From the human T2T-CHM13v2.0 reference genome, Homo sapiens, in the NCBI RefSeq assembly GCF_009914755.1, contig NC_060937.1: a stretch of DNA of 64,000 bases; one strand, given 5' to 3'. Positions 27,484 to 42,180 of this stretch are shown here, piece after piece (the stretch's first letter is position 1; the number at the start of each line of letters is the position of its first letter). The notes below the pieces were generated by a model. The model saw nothing but the letters and a program-made list of their open reading frames with translations, did not search any database and was not told where the DNA came from. The translations under genes were made by a program, and so were the position numbers.

Positions 27484-29449
27484 ACTCTGAGTTACATTTT
27501 TTAAGGAAAAAATATAAAACTATTTTAATTGTTAAAATTACTAATTTTGAACAAGTACAATTGTTAGCTGCAAAATACTATTTCCACCCCACACTATTGT
27601 TAACTCCGCCTAGATTTTGTTGCCAATTAGAGACCAAAATAATATAGTTTCCTTAAAAGTACCATATATGTCTATACACAAAAATGGAAAAGAAAAATAA
27701 CATGTGAAATGCTAAATTCCCAAGAAAATTGGTTAAGTAAGGCTTAGAATGTTTTTTGAAAATGATGAGGTTTATATCATTAACTTTAAACATAATAGAG
27801 GTTATGTTTTTCAGAACATCTGCTCCCAAATGTTTCAAAAATCTCTGGGATGTGGTTATGAATAAATACTTTGGATATTTATATTTCTTTCATTGTCTGT
27901 TGAATTGTTTATTTAAAAATATGTGGCCAAATACTGCAACAGCATCTAGTTGAAGATTCTAATATCAGTCACAATAGAATGTTAATAAATTGCAAACATT
28001 GTTATTCCGTGCATAGTTACATCAAAAGATATATTCAAAGTTACAGTTGTACATGGAGTATTTAAATAGTAATGACTATAGCAAAGAATCATAATTATGT
28101 AACTGATGTATGCAAAAAAATTTATTAAGTTTTTCCTTCAGCATAATCTATGCAGAGTCCCCTCCAGGGAAAACCAGCTTCTATTCAGAAAGTTAAATTT
28201 AATTGTTAATTATCATATACACTTCTCTGTAATAATCCTAATTAGTTTCTTAGTGACTGTACAACTAGCCTCAGAGCTGTCATCTTACCAGTCGACAAGA
28301 AATATTGTGATATTTTAACGTTCTATGAGGGCAACATTGCCGAAAACAAAGAGAAGACAAAGGTTGTTGAATGGCAATTGGCAATTCCGAACCAGGCAGT
28401 CTTTTCCCTTCTGCTCTATTAAAATGCTCAATACTGTTTAATGAAGGCTGTAATAAAATGTTGGAATTGCCTCCAGGAAAGCATTCAGTACGCTATGATA
28501 ATTTTGCTTTACATTACACTTAGTTTTTTAAAACTACTTAAATTTCTCTCATTTAAATAATGTTTTGCCTTCATTTTTCAAGAAATTTACCTAAGGTGAA
28601 AAGTTTAAGCCTATATATTTTCCTAATACAACGTGAATATAAAACATGCTTACCTACTTGTCTATTTGGAACAGAACACCTACAAAAGGTTATAAAATAT
28701 TTTGCAATTTTAGATTAGATCACAGGAATGGGCATTCAAGGTGAATTGAAATGTAATTCACTTGGTTTCTGTTGGAGTTCATAGCATGAGCTAGACACTT
28801 GACAATCCCTTCCCTCTCCAACATTAAATTTTTAAAATAACTTTATGAACACATGTTATTTTAATTATTGATATGTAGTATCATTTTAATATCCATATAT
28901 TTATATATATATAACCCCAATGACTTTTTTAAAATTAATATTTACTTGGTATATTCGTACTCATACATGTATGTACATAGTATCAAAACTAAATCTTAAT
29001 ATCTATATTAAAACAGATTGATAGAATATTTCTGAATATTTAAAACATTTATAATTATTATGTAATAATTATTGGATTGATCAGAATAATAGTTACCTAT
29101 AGGTGTCCAAATGGACAAGTGGATTCTAAAAGATTTTTCTTTAAATGCTGAAATAAATCCATTTTTACTTAAAAATAAATCACTTTTAAAATATTTTCCA
29201 AACAAAAATATCTCAATGTTTAACAGTAACTAAATAATGCTGTTTACTTTTATGGTTATGTTTTCTACATACCCTCTATTTTCCTTTTATGAGATATATA
29301 ACTATTTTTCGTTTATAAGAAAAATAAATCAATGTTTGTTTATATAATTTCTATAAACAAAGCACTTATTATTTATTTTATCACATGTATACAGCAAAAC
29401 ACCAACAAAATATCAAGGAATCAATTACCACACGTTATTCCTGATGTAC

Positions 29450-29777
29450 AATGTAGTTAGATATTAGCATGTATGTAATTACACATAGCCCTTACACACA
29501 CATATTTATAAATTTTAAAAGCTTTGGACTTCATGAAGCTGTGGAAAGGAATTAGTCTCTGGTGTAGTGTTACTGTCTTTGTGTCTGATGTTAGAGCCTG
29601 AAGCTTGAAGTCTATAAGGCATCAAGGAAAGAGAGATAAATTCAAGTAAGTTAGGGGAAAACAAGAAGCTGAAACCCACAAGCAGGAGCTAGTGCCCATA
29701 GGGACAGACTAACATCTATGTCAATATTTTCTGTTCTTGATCTCAGTAAGGTGTATATTTAGCAGAAGCCAGGGATC
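29450..29777. mobile_element. Old ERVL-type LTR fragment
   Basis: gaagctgaaacccacaagcaggagctag...agaagccaggg resembles MER76/LTR50-like LTRs; weak match. Confidence 0.35.
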
Positions 29778-30800
29778 TTTTTTTTTTTTTATTATACTTT
29801 AAGTTCTGAGATACATGTGCAGAACGTGCAGGTTTGTTACATAGGTATACACGTGCCATGGTGGTTTGCTGCACCCATCAACCCATCGTCTACATTAGGT
29901 ATTCCTCCTAATGCTCTCCCTCCCCAGCCCCCCACCCCCAGACAGGCCCCGATGTGTGATGTTCCCCTCCCTGTGTCCATGTGTTCTCATTGTTCAACTC
30001 TCACTTATGAGTGAGAACATAAGGTATTTGGTTTTCTGTTCCTGTGTTAGTTTGCTGAGAATGATGGTTTCCAGATTCATCCATGTCCCTGCAAAGGACA
30101 TGAACTCATTTTTTATGGCTGCATAGTATTCCATGGTGTATATTTGCCATATTTTCTTTATCCAGTCTATCATTGATGGGCATTTGGATTGGTTCCAAGT
30201 CTTTGCTATTGTAGATAGTGCTCCAATAAACATATGTGTGCATGAGTCTTTACAGTAGAATGATTTATAATCCTCTGGATATATACCCAGTAATGGGATT
30301 GCTGGGTCAAATGGTATTTCTGGTTCTAGATCCTTGAAGAATCGCCACGCTGTCTTCCACAATGGTTGAACTAATTTACACTCCGACCAACAGTGTAAAA
30401 GCGTTCCTATTTCTCCACATCCTCTCCAGCATCTGTTGTTTCCTGACTTTTTAATGATCGCCATTCTAACTGGTGTGAGATGGTATCTCATTGTGGTTTC
30501 AATTCATATTTCTCTAATGACCAGTGACGATGAGCTTTTTTTCATATGTTTGTTGGCTGCATAAATGTTTTCTTTTGAGAAGTGTCTGTTCATATCCTTC
30601 GCCCACTTTTTGATAGGGTTTTTTTTTTCTTATAAATTTGTTTAAGTTCCTTGTATATTCTGGATATTAGCCCTTTGTCAGACGGATAGATTGCCAAAAT
30701 TTTCTCCCATTCTGTAGGTTGCCTGTTCGCACTGATGATAGTTTCTTTTGCTGTGCAGAAGCTCTTTAGTTTAATTAGATCCCATTTGTCAATTTTGGCT
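29778..30800 (-). mobile_element. 5'-truncated L1PA (L1PA7-like)
   Basis: ORF 29994..30491 is the L1 ORF2p C-terminus ([34 protein letters not shown]); poly-T at 29778. Confidence 0.95.
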
Positions 30801-31002
30801 GATACTGTCTCACAAGTCATTGATGTTCTTCTTCATTTTGTTTTCAGTCTTACATATATGTTTTATTTTCAAGTTTTAACTGTTTTTCTTCTATAAACTC
30901 TCTGGTTATTCTTTTCATCTATTGTTTGTTTGTTTTTTAATTCCAGAGACTTTATTTTTCATCTCCAAAATTTTGACTTGCCATCTTTTCCATAAGTTAT
31001 GT

Positions 31003-31304
31003 TTTGTTTCTGTGTTTGTTTTGAGACAGGGTATTCCTCTGTTGCCCAGGTTGGAGTGCAGTGGCAAGATCTTTGCTCAGTGCAACCTCTGTCTCCCAGA
31101 CTCAAGTGATCCTGCCACCTCAGCCTCCCAAGCAGCTGGGACTACAGGTGTGAGGCGCCATGCCTAGCTAATTTTTGTACTTGTGGTAGAGATGGGTTTT
31201 GGCCATGTTGTGCAGGCTGGTCTCCAACTCCTGAGCTCAAGTAATCCATCTGCCTTGGCTTCACAAAGTGCTAGGATTACAGGTGTAAGCCACCGCACCT
31301 GGCT
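31003..31304 (-). mobile_element. AluJ
   Basis: Antisense Alu. Confidence 0.92.
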
Positions 31305-34300
31305 GATGATCATTTTTAAACATACTTTCTGAGCATATCAAACAGATATTTATGATATCTGTTTTTATATCTTTTTCTTCTAGTTCCATTATTACTGTCA
31401 CTTTTTTTGTTTCTAGTTATTGTTGTTTTATTTTCCTGATTATAGTTTATGTCATCCTTTTATTTTTTGAGCCTGAAAATGTTATAGGAAATGCTAGGAG
31501 GTGTCAATGTGATATTGTCAGATGCTAAATTTCTTTGTGTTCCCTTAAATAATATTGGACGTTTCATAATACACAGTTAAGTTGCCTGAATGATGGGTTT
31601 TTCTTCTACAAAGCTTTTAAGCTTCATTACAGAGGATACAGAGCAATGTTAGGCATAATTTAGTCCCACTAAAACTTAGATACATTTGAGGACCTCACCT
31701 CAACAATGTGCCATTACAGGGTCTCTGTGATAATCTATTAGATTTACAATTCTAATTTTTATATTTCAGTTCTTATTACATTTGATGTATACATTTTGAT
31801 ATGGTATCATGAAAGACTTCAGTTTTATATTTAAAACGTTTAGAGTTTTTTTATCATTGATTTTAACAATTTTTTTTCAAAACTCTCATTAAAATCACCT
31901 GTGATTTGTATTTCATAGTTTATCATCACTGGATGTGAAACCTCCATTTAGTGCCACTGCCCACATTATTACTATAATCACTTTTTGCCCTCTGGGGTTT
32001 TTGAAAGTTTTCTTTTTTAAAAACATGTACACCCAAACATGTGAAATTCCCTAAGCTTGTCACAGTGATCTCTAATATATTCTATTAGAAATGATCACTG
32101 TCTCCTAGGCTTTCAGTAATTTTAATTTCACTAATTTTTTTTCAACAGCTATATATTAATTGCCTAGCACATGAATATCTTATAAGGACAGAATTGTAGG
32201 AAAAGGAAACTTTATTCCTACCTGAGACTTATAGTATATTGAGGATTTTAGCCATTAACTTTTAAAATCACTTTTTTAAAATTTAAAAATCACAAAACTG
32301 TCTATACTTTAATGATCTGTACAATTTTGTTAAGCTTTTCATAACAAATGATGTTTATGAATGAAAATTTAGAAGTGATACAGCAAACACATAAAATGGG
32401 GCTACCTTAGACTGAGGGCCAGATTAGTGACTTCTCAGGTTATGTGACAGTTAATGTGCTGTATAACTATGCAACAAAATAATTATTAGAATGATTTTAT
32501 ACTATTATATTTGACTTGGTATTTTGTTTCATGGAAAATGAAGAAACAAAGTCATATATGATATCTATATTTATTCACATATTAATTTGTGCAGTTGTTT
32601 TAGTTGCTGAATAATTTTAACACCTTATCTGAGATGGAAAAAAGTGATGATATGTAGGAATACTTGAGAAAATAAAGTCGCTAAATTGACACCTTCTCTC
32701 CTTGAAAGGGAGGACGCTATGATGAGAAACATACTTTCCAAATCTTACCATCAGGGCCTCCTCCCATGTGGTGCTACCCCACTGCATATCTATGTAATAC
32801 ATGGCCTGTTCTCTGATCCAGAGACATCATCCTTTCTGTTAGAATTTCTGTCTATCTATGATTAACAAACATGTTAATTTACCATAACTCACTTATATGG
32901 AAGAAAACAGCTTTTTCTTAGATATACCTGGCTTTATATATGAAAGCTTTTACTATTTTGTATCTTTGTTTGCTGTTTCTAAAATTCTCTGTTATATATC
33001 TAAATAATACTTATTTATATAAGTGACTATGGTCAAGAACCTTCATGATCTGAGGTCTTTGCTCTTTCTATTTGTCCTACTTCTTGAAAGTATGCCAACA
33101 ATTTTTTTTCTATCCAGTCTATCCTGTCTTTGGCTTAATTTTTCTTCAAAACTACTGTTCTTCCTTCTTGTTTCCAATTTTTATACCATCTTTTTAGATT
33201 TTAAAATGTTCAGCTTTCTTGTTCAATTGGTTTCATCCATTTGATGTTCAGTGGTGTGCTGTTGTGTTCATTTCATCAGTTTCATTTTTATTTCCTCTTT
33301 ACATGTCTTACAACACTTTTTCCCATATGAATTTATTCCAACTTGCTTGATATACTCCATACCTAGGCTCATTATCCCTTCTGATAGCTGTAAGAAGAGA
33401 CACTAAATTAACTCTAAAGTGTGTTAATCATATGAGTTAAAGAGAGGTGTATCTTTAGGATTGCAAATGAGCCCCTTCATTTCATGTAAAGTCTACCTCC
33501 AGGGTACCTCCAAATTTCTGCATCATATATCTCGTTCTTGTGTTTAGGTGCAGCTAGCCTCTAAATAATTCCCTATACCAAGGTTAGAGTAAAAGAGGGT
33601 TCAGAGGCGTGCAGTCCAGCCACCACCACCCTCTTGGCTACTCAATGTAGTAACAGTCCAGCATCTCCTTAATATTACCCTACCTGTTGTCTCTACTGTT
33701 TTGTTGCCTCCTGATATGAAAGGATCTGGCAAAATTCCAGGATTATAGGATCTGGGCTAATGATATAATCTGGGCCAGAAGTCGTAATAATGAAATCATT
33801 TTTATTGATTCATAATGCTATCAAGAGAATTTTGAACACCCCTACTGGCTCAAAAATGGAAGCTGATGTTTGAGTAAAACCTGAGACAGATTTTCAGCTT
33901 TGAACTCATAATCATTTTGTTATATCTCTAATCTTACGTTCTCACAGTCACAATATAAAGGACAGAAACAGAAAATCCAGAAACTATTTTTTCCCCAAGA
34001 CTATTCTCAGCCCTTTGGTCCTCTAGTCCCTTTCAGGTCCATGCCTTCATTTCTCCACAGCAATTGTGGCCCACCTACTATCGGATTCTCAACTGTTTTT
34101 CACATGTTTCCAATCATTTTGACTTGATTTTCATCTAACTTTAAGCAATTTTTTCTGAAATTTCTGGAGTTTTACTTAACAATTGAAATGATTAGTGCTT
34201 TCATGCCAACTATCTTATTCTACTAAACATTTCAAATCTGAATCAACCAGAAAATAACTCAAAACTTTTGCCTTTATAAGCTGATGCTAAGAGTTAAATC

Positions 34301-34317
34301 ACAGAACAAAATTATAG

Positions 34318-34570
34318 ATGTTTCCACTTATAAAGTGGGAGCTAAACAGTGGATACACATGAAAATACAGAGTGGAGTAACAGGTACTTGGGAGTCAAAA
34401 AGGGAGGAGAGTGGGAGGGAAATGAGAGTTGAAAAATAACCTATTGGGTACAATGTTCCCTATTTGGGCATTGGGTTCACTAGAAGCCCAAACTCTAGCA
34501 TTACACAATATATACCCTATGTAACAAACTTGTATATGTACCTCTCAATCTATAATTTAAAAAGAAAATA
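34318..34570 (+). mobile_element. L1PB3/4-like 3' end
   Basis: cacttataaagtgggagctaaac...acctattgggtacaatg...tgtaacaaac followed by A-rich tail. Confidence 0.8.
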
Positions 34571-36289
34571 AATGAACACAATTTTAAACATATCAATATT
34601 GTGTCTGATGGACCACTGGTGGGCTGAGAGTTGTTATGATGCTATGTGAGGCTTAAATATTATAAGATAGAAATTTCTCACATTTTTCTTATCTTTTGAC
34701 TAAATTTGGAGCTCTCAACTTTTTACACTTACTCTCAAGTTCACCCTACTGCCCTTCTTGAATGTGGCGTTTCACTCAGCATAAAGCTTTCACCTCAAGT
34801 CACCTAGATTGATTCTCATTGAATATGTTTATATTCTCCACTTTATGGATGTTTCTAAAAAGTCCTATACCAGCATTTTACTTCACTTGGTTCAGAATTT
34901 TGTTTTATTTTTCTCAACATCTTAGTCCCATTCATAATTTAAGTTTGGATTTCCTTCTTACTTCTGAGAATTGATAATTATAATACACTTCTATTCCATT
35001 CTATATATTTATGATTTATTAGACTGAAGTTAAACAAAGAGAACTGACCTACTTCATAGATTGGGTGGATCAGGAACAATGAAGAAATAGTTATTTATTT
35101 GAGTCTTGGTTCTAAAGGAACTTGAGAATCTAAATTAAGAGGCAGAATATAAGTTAAATTGGAACATTGAGAAATGAAGTTTATACTTCTATGGATAAAA
35201 CAATTAAAATTTACAATGGGTGTTACATGGAGCCATCAATGTGCTTCAACTCTCAAAAATGTATGCAATTTTCACTCTTCACTCAATGTCTAGAAGAAGG
35301 AGGATAATGGTTCAGTTTTAGGCTGTTCGTATCTGTGAGATATACTGGTAAAACTTATAAATCTCTGCACAGTGTTGTCTATCAAGTCAAATGTGTCAAA
35401 GAGCAAAGATCACCAACTCTGACAAAATGGGAAATAAAATGATGAAATGAGGATATTTAACCCAAGGAAGGCAAAAGTAATGTAAAATATAATGCTTGTT
35501 TTCAAATAAATGAAACATTGTTTGATAACAATAAATTTGCTTCCTCAGAGGAGGAAATAATTAGTCTATAATATGTAACAATGGATATGAAAATGAGTCT
35601 ATAAAAATGAGTTTGGAAAGTAAACTACCAGAAAAAAAGGAACCAAATTAAGAATTCAATCCTACAAAATGGAATACCAAGGGATGACATATTTATTAAT
35701 AGAAGTCAAACACATAAACTTTCAATCATAGAATGGGTCCATTGTATACATGTCACGTACAACTAGGAAACAAAAAAGTATAAATCTATTGGTCAGTGAT
35801 GTGGCATAATTTTCAGCAGGTAAATATTTGAGCTTACCTAGTGAGGGTTTAGATTTAATCTGTGCCATCACAAATATGTATATATGTAATGGGGTTCATT
35901 ATTATAGGAAAATAGGGTTAAAATCAATAATGTTCCCTCAATTAGAGAAGTCAGAAAAGTGAATGGATTATCTTAGGAGTTTGTGAATTCTTTATTCCTT
36001 TATTCCAAGTTGAGTGAAGGAGGAAAAGAAAATCTAGAGTTTCAGCAATGCTTTGCTTCCAGTCTATACTGTTTTTAGAACCAAGAGGGAACAGTCTATG
36101 TTGGAGATTTAGTGAGTCCACTTCTTTGAAAAACAGAGGTAAGAAAAATGCGAAGAAGCTTAAAAATGTATTGATCCTAAACCCATTATTAAAAACACCT
36201 CATAGAATTTCAACCTATTTGTGGATAGCCTATCATATGCAGCTAAAATGGTAATCAGATAATTCAACCACACTCATAGTTACTTCTCT

Positions 36290-37790
36290 AAATTAGTTTG
36301 AGCTTCTGACTGACACTGTTATTCTTATTAACGAACCTGCTTCCCTCATGATGTAAAGAGCTACATGCAGCCTACCAAGCCTGGCCTAAAATCCTTGAAC
36401 TCATCCACTCCAGGAATTTTAAATGCATTCCACTTTAGCTTTATATCCCATTGCCACATCAATATATTGTCATAATCCAGAAATACACAATCTTTGATAT
36501 CTTAAATTGCAATATTCTACTTGATATAATACTACTACTTTTTCAACTAAGTCTGTTAAATTTATTACCCCAATATACTTAGTCTTCTAATGCTTTTAAT
36601 GAATTATACTATCCATATAACTTTGCATAATGTAAATGAACAAATTAAACAAGAAAACTTAAGCACACAAGTATATGAGAAAATGAACACTCAAGCAAAC
36701 AAGACTAACATGAAAGCACAAGCATAAAAGAAGCACGTATATATGTATGTATGTATATATATAGTCTCTATAGTATTTGTTATATATTTTATACAAATCA
36801 ATGTATTTTGTATATTTAAAATATATTAGTATATAATATAGAAATAATATGTGTAAAATGTGTGTGTGTGTATACACACACACACGTTTTTCCTAGTTTG
36901 GAAATCACCTCTTTACATCTGCCTCATAATTGCTATTTTACGTAGCACTTTCTATATTCTAAGCCCTATTGTAGATCCAAAGGGAAAGAAACAATATTAG
37001 TAAAAAAATAAAATAAAGAATTACTTTTACTTTGTTGCTCTTACAATCGTGTGTGTTTTGGAGCAAGAAAAAGCATAAAATTACTTAAAATGCATTGATT
37101 GATAACTGGTAATGACTACTATGCAAAAAATGACAAGGCATTGCCACAGGAAGTGCTGATTGAAAGGGACTTTCAATTTTAAATGTGTTTTTCAGAGTGA
37201 TCTCACTGAGAAGCTAAAATGTGCACATCCACTCGTATGTCATTCATTAGAGAAAAATACTTGGCCTCACCTAACTTTACAGTAATCCTCTCCTGTGCAC
37301 AAAATTATGAGAGAAATGGATATTGGCAAATAAAAAACACTTCCATATAAAGTAATTACTGCTGTAAGACAAGATGACACACGTAGCTGAGAGATTACTG
37401 GAAATAAGAGCAGTTTAGAACCATAAAACGTGCTGCTTAAGATAGAAAATTGTAAATTAATAAGACTGGGGGAAAATGTATTTGAAATGTACAGTGCTAA
37501 ACACTAGATAAAATACAACTTGAAAAGATAATCTTTTCAAGAATCTTTTCTATAGGAGATAAAAATCAAGACTGAAAAAGAGGCAACACAGTATCACTTA
37601 CTGTAAATTGATTTTGACACAACCAAACTTCTCTATGTGATGTTTATATGTATATGTGATTATCTGTTTTCTAGTTTTTTTTTCTAGTATATCAGGAAAT
37701 TTTGTAGTTACAGAACTTAGCAGAATCTCTGAAATGCAGCAGGCAATAAATAATGACTGTTGTTAAATTGACAAGTAAATGGATGAACAA
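36290..37790. mobile_element. Scattered L2 fragments
   Basis: L2 3'-end-like sequence at 37660-37790 and other degenerate pieces. Confidence 0.4.
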
Positions 37791-38164
37791 ATTTACTTTA
37801 GTGGTACCAGTGAAATCAGGCTTCAAAAGTATCATTTTTTTTTCATATTCCAGTTTGAAAGGATGAAATAGCAAAAACTTGTTTATTTTCAGTTGTGTGT
37901 ATATGTGAGAGAAAGATAAAACACAAATTGTTTTAGTTTATTTTCTTTAGCCTTCAATACTGGTAAAAGAAATCTACTTATATATGTGCTATGTATATTT
38001 TAAATGGATTTTCAAATAGTAGCATAGAGATTTTTGTCTTGAGTTCTTACTTTTTAAGGTATACTCAAACACTTTTGTGTCAGGCAGGAGTTAAAAGGTT
38101 TCACATTTTAGTGTCTGATAGGATTTAACTGTAGGATAAATACAGTTAAAATCATTTATTTATA

Positions 38165-38345
38165 TGTTCAAAAAGCTAGAAAATAGGATTTTTACTGTCC
38201 CCAACACAAAGAAATGATAAATGTTTGAGGAGCTGAATTTGTTAATTACCCTGATTTGATTATTACACATTATATTCATGTATTAAAATATCACTCTGTA
38301 CCTAATAAGTATGTACAATTATTGCTATAAGTAAAAATAAAAGAG
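38165..38345 (+). mobile_element. L1MA 3' end
   Basis: caacacaaagaaatgataaatgtttgagg...taattaccctgatttgattattacacatt. Confidence 0.8.
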
Positions 38346-38857
38346 AGAAAAGATTTTAAGATGAAGATATTACCACAAATTTACTACTTAAAAAAAAACA
38401 GGTGAAGATTTTTGAAAAAAACAAAAAGGAGTAGCTTTGACTAGTGAGCGGAAATTGCTCTGACCACCCAGTGACGCAGACTGCAATTGCTGAAACATTA
38501 ACAATGAGAAAGGCAGCTGAGAAAATTACTAAAGTGGACAGTCACAAAATTCATTTCCAGTCCATTAGAACATGGCACATCCAGCTAGATTTTAACCAAT
38601 GACTGAGATTCCCATAAACTATGAAAATGCTCTTTAATTCAATTATAGGATTTCAACTGATGAAACAGGCTGATTTATTGCACACTTTTCAGCTGACACC
38701 AAAGGTCCATTGAAGGAGTGGTGAAAGCACAAGGAAGCCTGAGGCAGCTTGGCTTCTTTGGCTCCAGGCCAGTGCCCACTAGCATGCCACTTGTTGTTAC
38801 TGCAATGCAAATGCCTGCAATCCAGGCACTTACTGCAGCTGAATTAATAGAGGAGAA

Positions 38858-38872
38858 AAACAACAACAACAA

Positions 38873-38914
<42 letters not shown>
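38858..38914. repeat. (AAC)n plus (CA)n microsatellite
   Basis: Directly visible. Confidence 0.97.
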
Positions 38915-38916
<2 letters not shown>

Positions 38917-39639
38917 AGCCGGATCGCCATTTAGAAAACAAATCTTGGTATGCTCAATGGCACTTTCAGCTTCTAAATAAGAAATATAAGTAGATTAATT
39001 CAGCAGTGCCAAAGAAAACACAGCATATTAAAATCTACCTGGAGGATTTTGTGAAGTGGTATATGACTTAAAAAAAATTCTGAAAGAATACAAAGAATAT
39101 TTACTTCTCCCTCACCCAAGTAGCTTACATTACACTTAAAAAATTTATTTCTATTAACAAGATGCATTTTATAAATTAAGAATTAAGCAAATGAAAATGG
39201 AATGATTTTAATCATTTCAAAAAATCTTAATTAGTATTTTCAAGGTAACCTAAAATAAGTAAATAAATAAATAACTACAATGAACTAGAATTAACTCTAT
39301 ATCTCAAATAAAAATTTGTAATCGTTTATCATTTTCTAATGACATGTTCTGAGTTTTATGATTTGTGAACAAAAATAAACCCCTTAAATTTATAACTGTT
39401 TTACCTTCAACTCCTGATTAAATACACACACAGACAAACTAAATTCTAAAAATACTTCTACATTTCAAAAATTTGCAACAAAATAGAACATGTATTATCA
39501 AAAAATACACAGATGCTGGGAAAGTTTCATTCTTCCCCTTATTGAGTATGTATAAATTGTATTTTTCTTTGTGTTGTTTGTGTACAGACACTGATAGAGA
39601 CATTCATACTATTTAAGAAAAATTTCCCAGCCATATTTT

Positions 39640-39857
39640 TTATTGAAAGAAATGATAGTATTGTGTTCCTGTGTCCACCTGAAGTTAAGAATGAATCTGT
39701 GAGTTGTTTTGGCCAATGGCATGATAGTTTAAGTGGTGAAAGACATTTCTGTGCAGTAGCATTAAGAATTACTGTACTGTTTATTCTGTGAGTGTGTTTT
39801 ATTTTTCCCCATCTTGATGGTTTTGGAAGCATAGCGAAGATGAAATGAGAATCAGTC
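39640..39857 (+). mobile_element. MLT1 (MaLR) LTR 5' portion, cut by the MER4 insertion
   Basis: tgtgagttgttttggccaatggcatg...ttggaagca resembles MLT1I/J and the LTR at 55000-55323. Confidence 0.5.
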
Positions 39858-40294
39858 AGTAAAACAAAATGTATCTGAGACAGGTCTCTATCAATTTTGA
39901 AGTTTATTTTGCAAAGGTTAAGGACATGCTCAAAAAACACATCTGTGCCTTTCTCCAAAGATAATTTTTGAGGGCTTCAATATTTAAAGGGGAAAAGCAG
40001 CCTGGAGGGGAAAGTGGGAGGGTATGGTCACATTACAAAATCCACATGTTGTAAGAGAAAAGGAGCACATAGGGGAATAGTCCATTAGGTATTCATCCCA
40101 TGCTCAGTGAGTCAGCACTTTACATAAGACAAAGTGAACACAGAGTAGCTACCTGTGAAGATATTCAACCTTTTATCTGTACCTATCTGCTTAGGAACCA
40201 AAAGAAAGGCAGCTTCTTGCATGACTCAGTTTCAGCTTAATTTTTCCTTTTGGCATCTTGAATTGGGGTCCCACATTTCTATTTTCCTTTTACA
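39858..40294 (-). mobile_element. MER4-family (MER4C-like) LTR; 3' LTR of an antisense ERV1 element
   Basis: Minus strand reads TGTAAAAGGAAAATAG...GAGACCTGTCTCAGATAC; purine tract GAAGAGGGAGGTGAAA lies just upstream on the minus strand. Confidence 0.82.
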
Positions 40295-40992
40295 TTTCAC
40301 CTCCCTCTTCTTTTTGAAATCTTCGAGAGAAAGCATTTTAGAAGAAAATTAGTCTCTGGTCTTGGGTTTTGTCTAATCTCTCATGTATAGGACAGTTTTT
40401 TCCTAGACAAACAGGTCCTACATGGTTGGGAAGGCTCGTTTTTAGCAGATTGTAAAGTTTCACATCTTACAAAGAAAAAATAGAGGGAGAAAGAGAGAAA
40501 GAAACAGAAGAGAAAAAGAAGAAAACAACAAACAACAAAAAAGGAAGAAAATCCTGGAAAACTGATATAAGCCGTTTTACTCTGAAGTCCATACATCAAT
40601 AGGTATCAAATTCATTTATGTATACAAAAAAGTTACTGTTATTTTCTTCTGACATTTAAGTTGCCTAGCTTTAGTGTTTCAAATCAGGAAAATGGAAAAC
40701 AAAGAGAAATAATTAAAACATTATTTTGGAGACTTGTGGCAAGGAGAACTTTCAGAATTCAGTCCAAATTGTAAAATAATAATAATAATAATAGAAAATC
40801 ACTGCACAAGGCTAGAATCCAATAATGAGTGCACTATAGTTCATTTAGAAACATTTTTTTCTCTTCAATTCCCCAATTTTATTAAAGATAAAATCACAGT
40901 AGGGCTAATTTATTTTTAAAATAAGTTTTAGTCGTATTATTCTTGGCTTGATTATTTGTGTAATGTGTGGCAAAAATAATCATTTGCTAATA

Positions 40993-40996
<4 letters not shown>

Positions 40997-41057
<61 letters not shown>
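40997..41057. repeat. (CT)n microsatellite
   Basis: About 30 CT units. Confidence 0.97.
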
Positions 41058-41059
<2 letters not shown>

Positions 41060-41675
41060 CCTTCTCTCTTTTAATTGGCTTTGCTGGAATCATTTCCAAT
41101 AAGAAATCTAAGATTACACATTTTAAAAAGCCTCAAGCGCAGCTAAGGATTTATCTGTGCCTACAGATACCTGTATGAATTGAATGTATTCTTCCCTTTT
41201 CAAGGTCCCAAGAAAATTTGAAATCCCTGGTCCTATCAGAGAGTGACATTCTTTACTTATGACAGGTCAGGACCTTGTAAAGGACAAGATATGGGGCCAA
41301 TATTTCCAAGGGGCCTTTACTGGCCCTATAGGTAAGCCTCATTTTCTCAAGGTAATCTGAAAATATGTCATTCTAGCCAAAGCCTTGGTAAAATAATGAG
41401 TGACTCCAATTATGCCCTATTATAAAAGAAAACAGATTCCTATTGAACTTCTGCAAATAACTATATTGCCATAAACTAATAATAATTGCATATAGTTTCC
41501 AAATTTGGGAGAAATTAGATAGAGAGAAAAGAATTATGCTTTAAATTTTGCTCACTAGAGTATACTTCACTAAATTGTATAAAGCTATAAATAGTTTGAA
41601 AGAAAAAATATTTTCTTTACTGAAAAACAAAACAAAAGGAATCAGCAAATGTTTTAAACAAAAAGTCATAAAAGA

Positions 41676-42180
41676 TTATTTTACTCTTCTGTTAGTTCAG
41701 TCTCTGCAATTGACTCCTGTTCTGCTCTATATTGGATCAAAAATCCTCATGAATACATCAGCTCCATGAGAGCCCTGGAAAATTTTCTGTCTATTCCAAC
41801 GTTACAATCTCTAAAATTACCAGAAACCTATATTTAACAGTACTCCTTAGACTTCTATAGCTGATTATAAACTGCCTTATTAAGGGATTAAAGTAAAATG
41901 TCTTAGAACAGCTATAGTTAAAGATACAATTGACAAGGAAATTTAGTTACTTCTGTGTCATACAACTATTTTACATGATAATAATAATTACTATTGATAA
42001 CATATACTAAAACATATTAGAGTCACAGGAATCTCATATAATCTTGTAATAAATACTACTAACACATTTATATAAATGTAATCCAAAGATGGTTAAACAT
42101 CATTTTATATTTGACAATGCTTTCTATATGATTTTATTACATCAAATAAGCCAAATATTTATTTTTGGACTTCAAGGGAC
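41676..42180 (+). repeat. ~505-bp direct repeat, left copy (flanks the provirus)
   Basis: Aligns end to end with 49973-50475; about 21 substitutions and 2 small indels by manual count. Confidence 0.97.

Noticed and set aside
28240-28520. Unique-looking block, possible conserved element
   Set aside because: No distinctive motif cluster; cannot be supported without conservation data.
38675-38993. ORFs with HTHTHT or CVCVCV tracts
   Set aside because: They are read-through of the (CA)n microsatellite.
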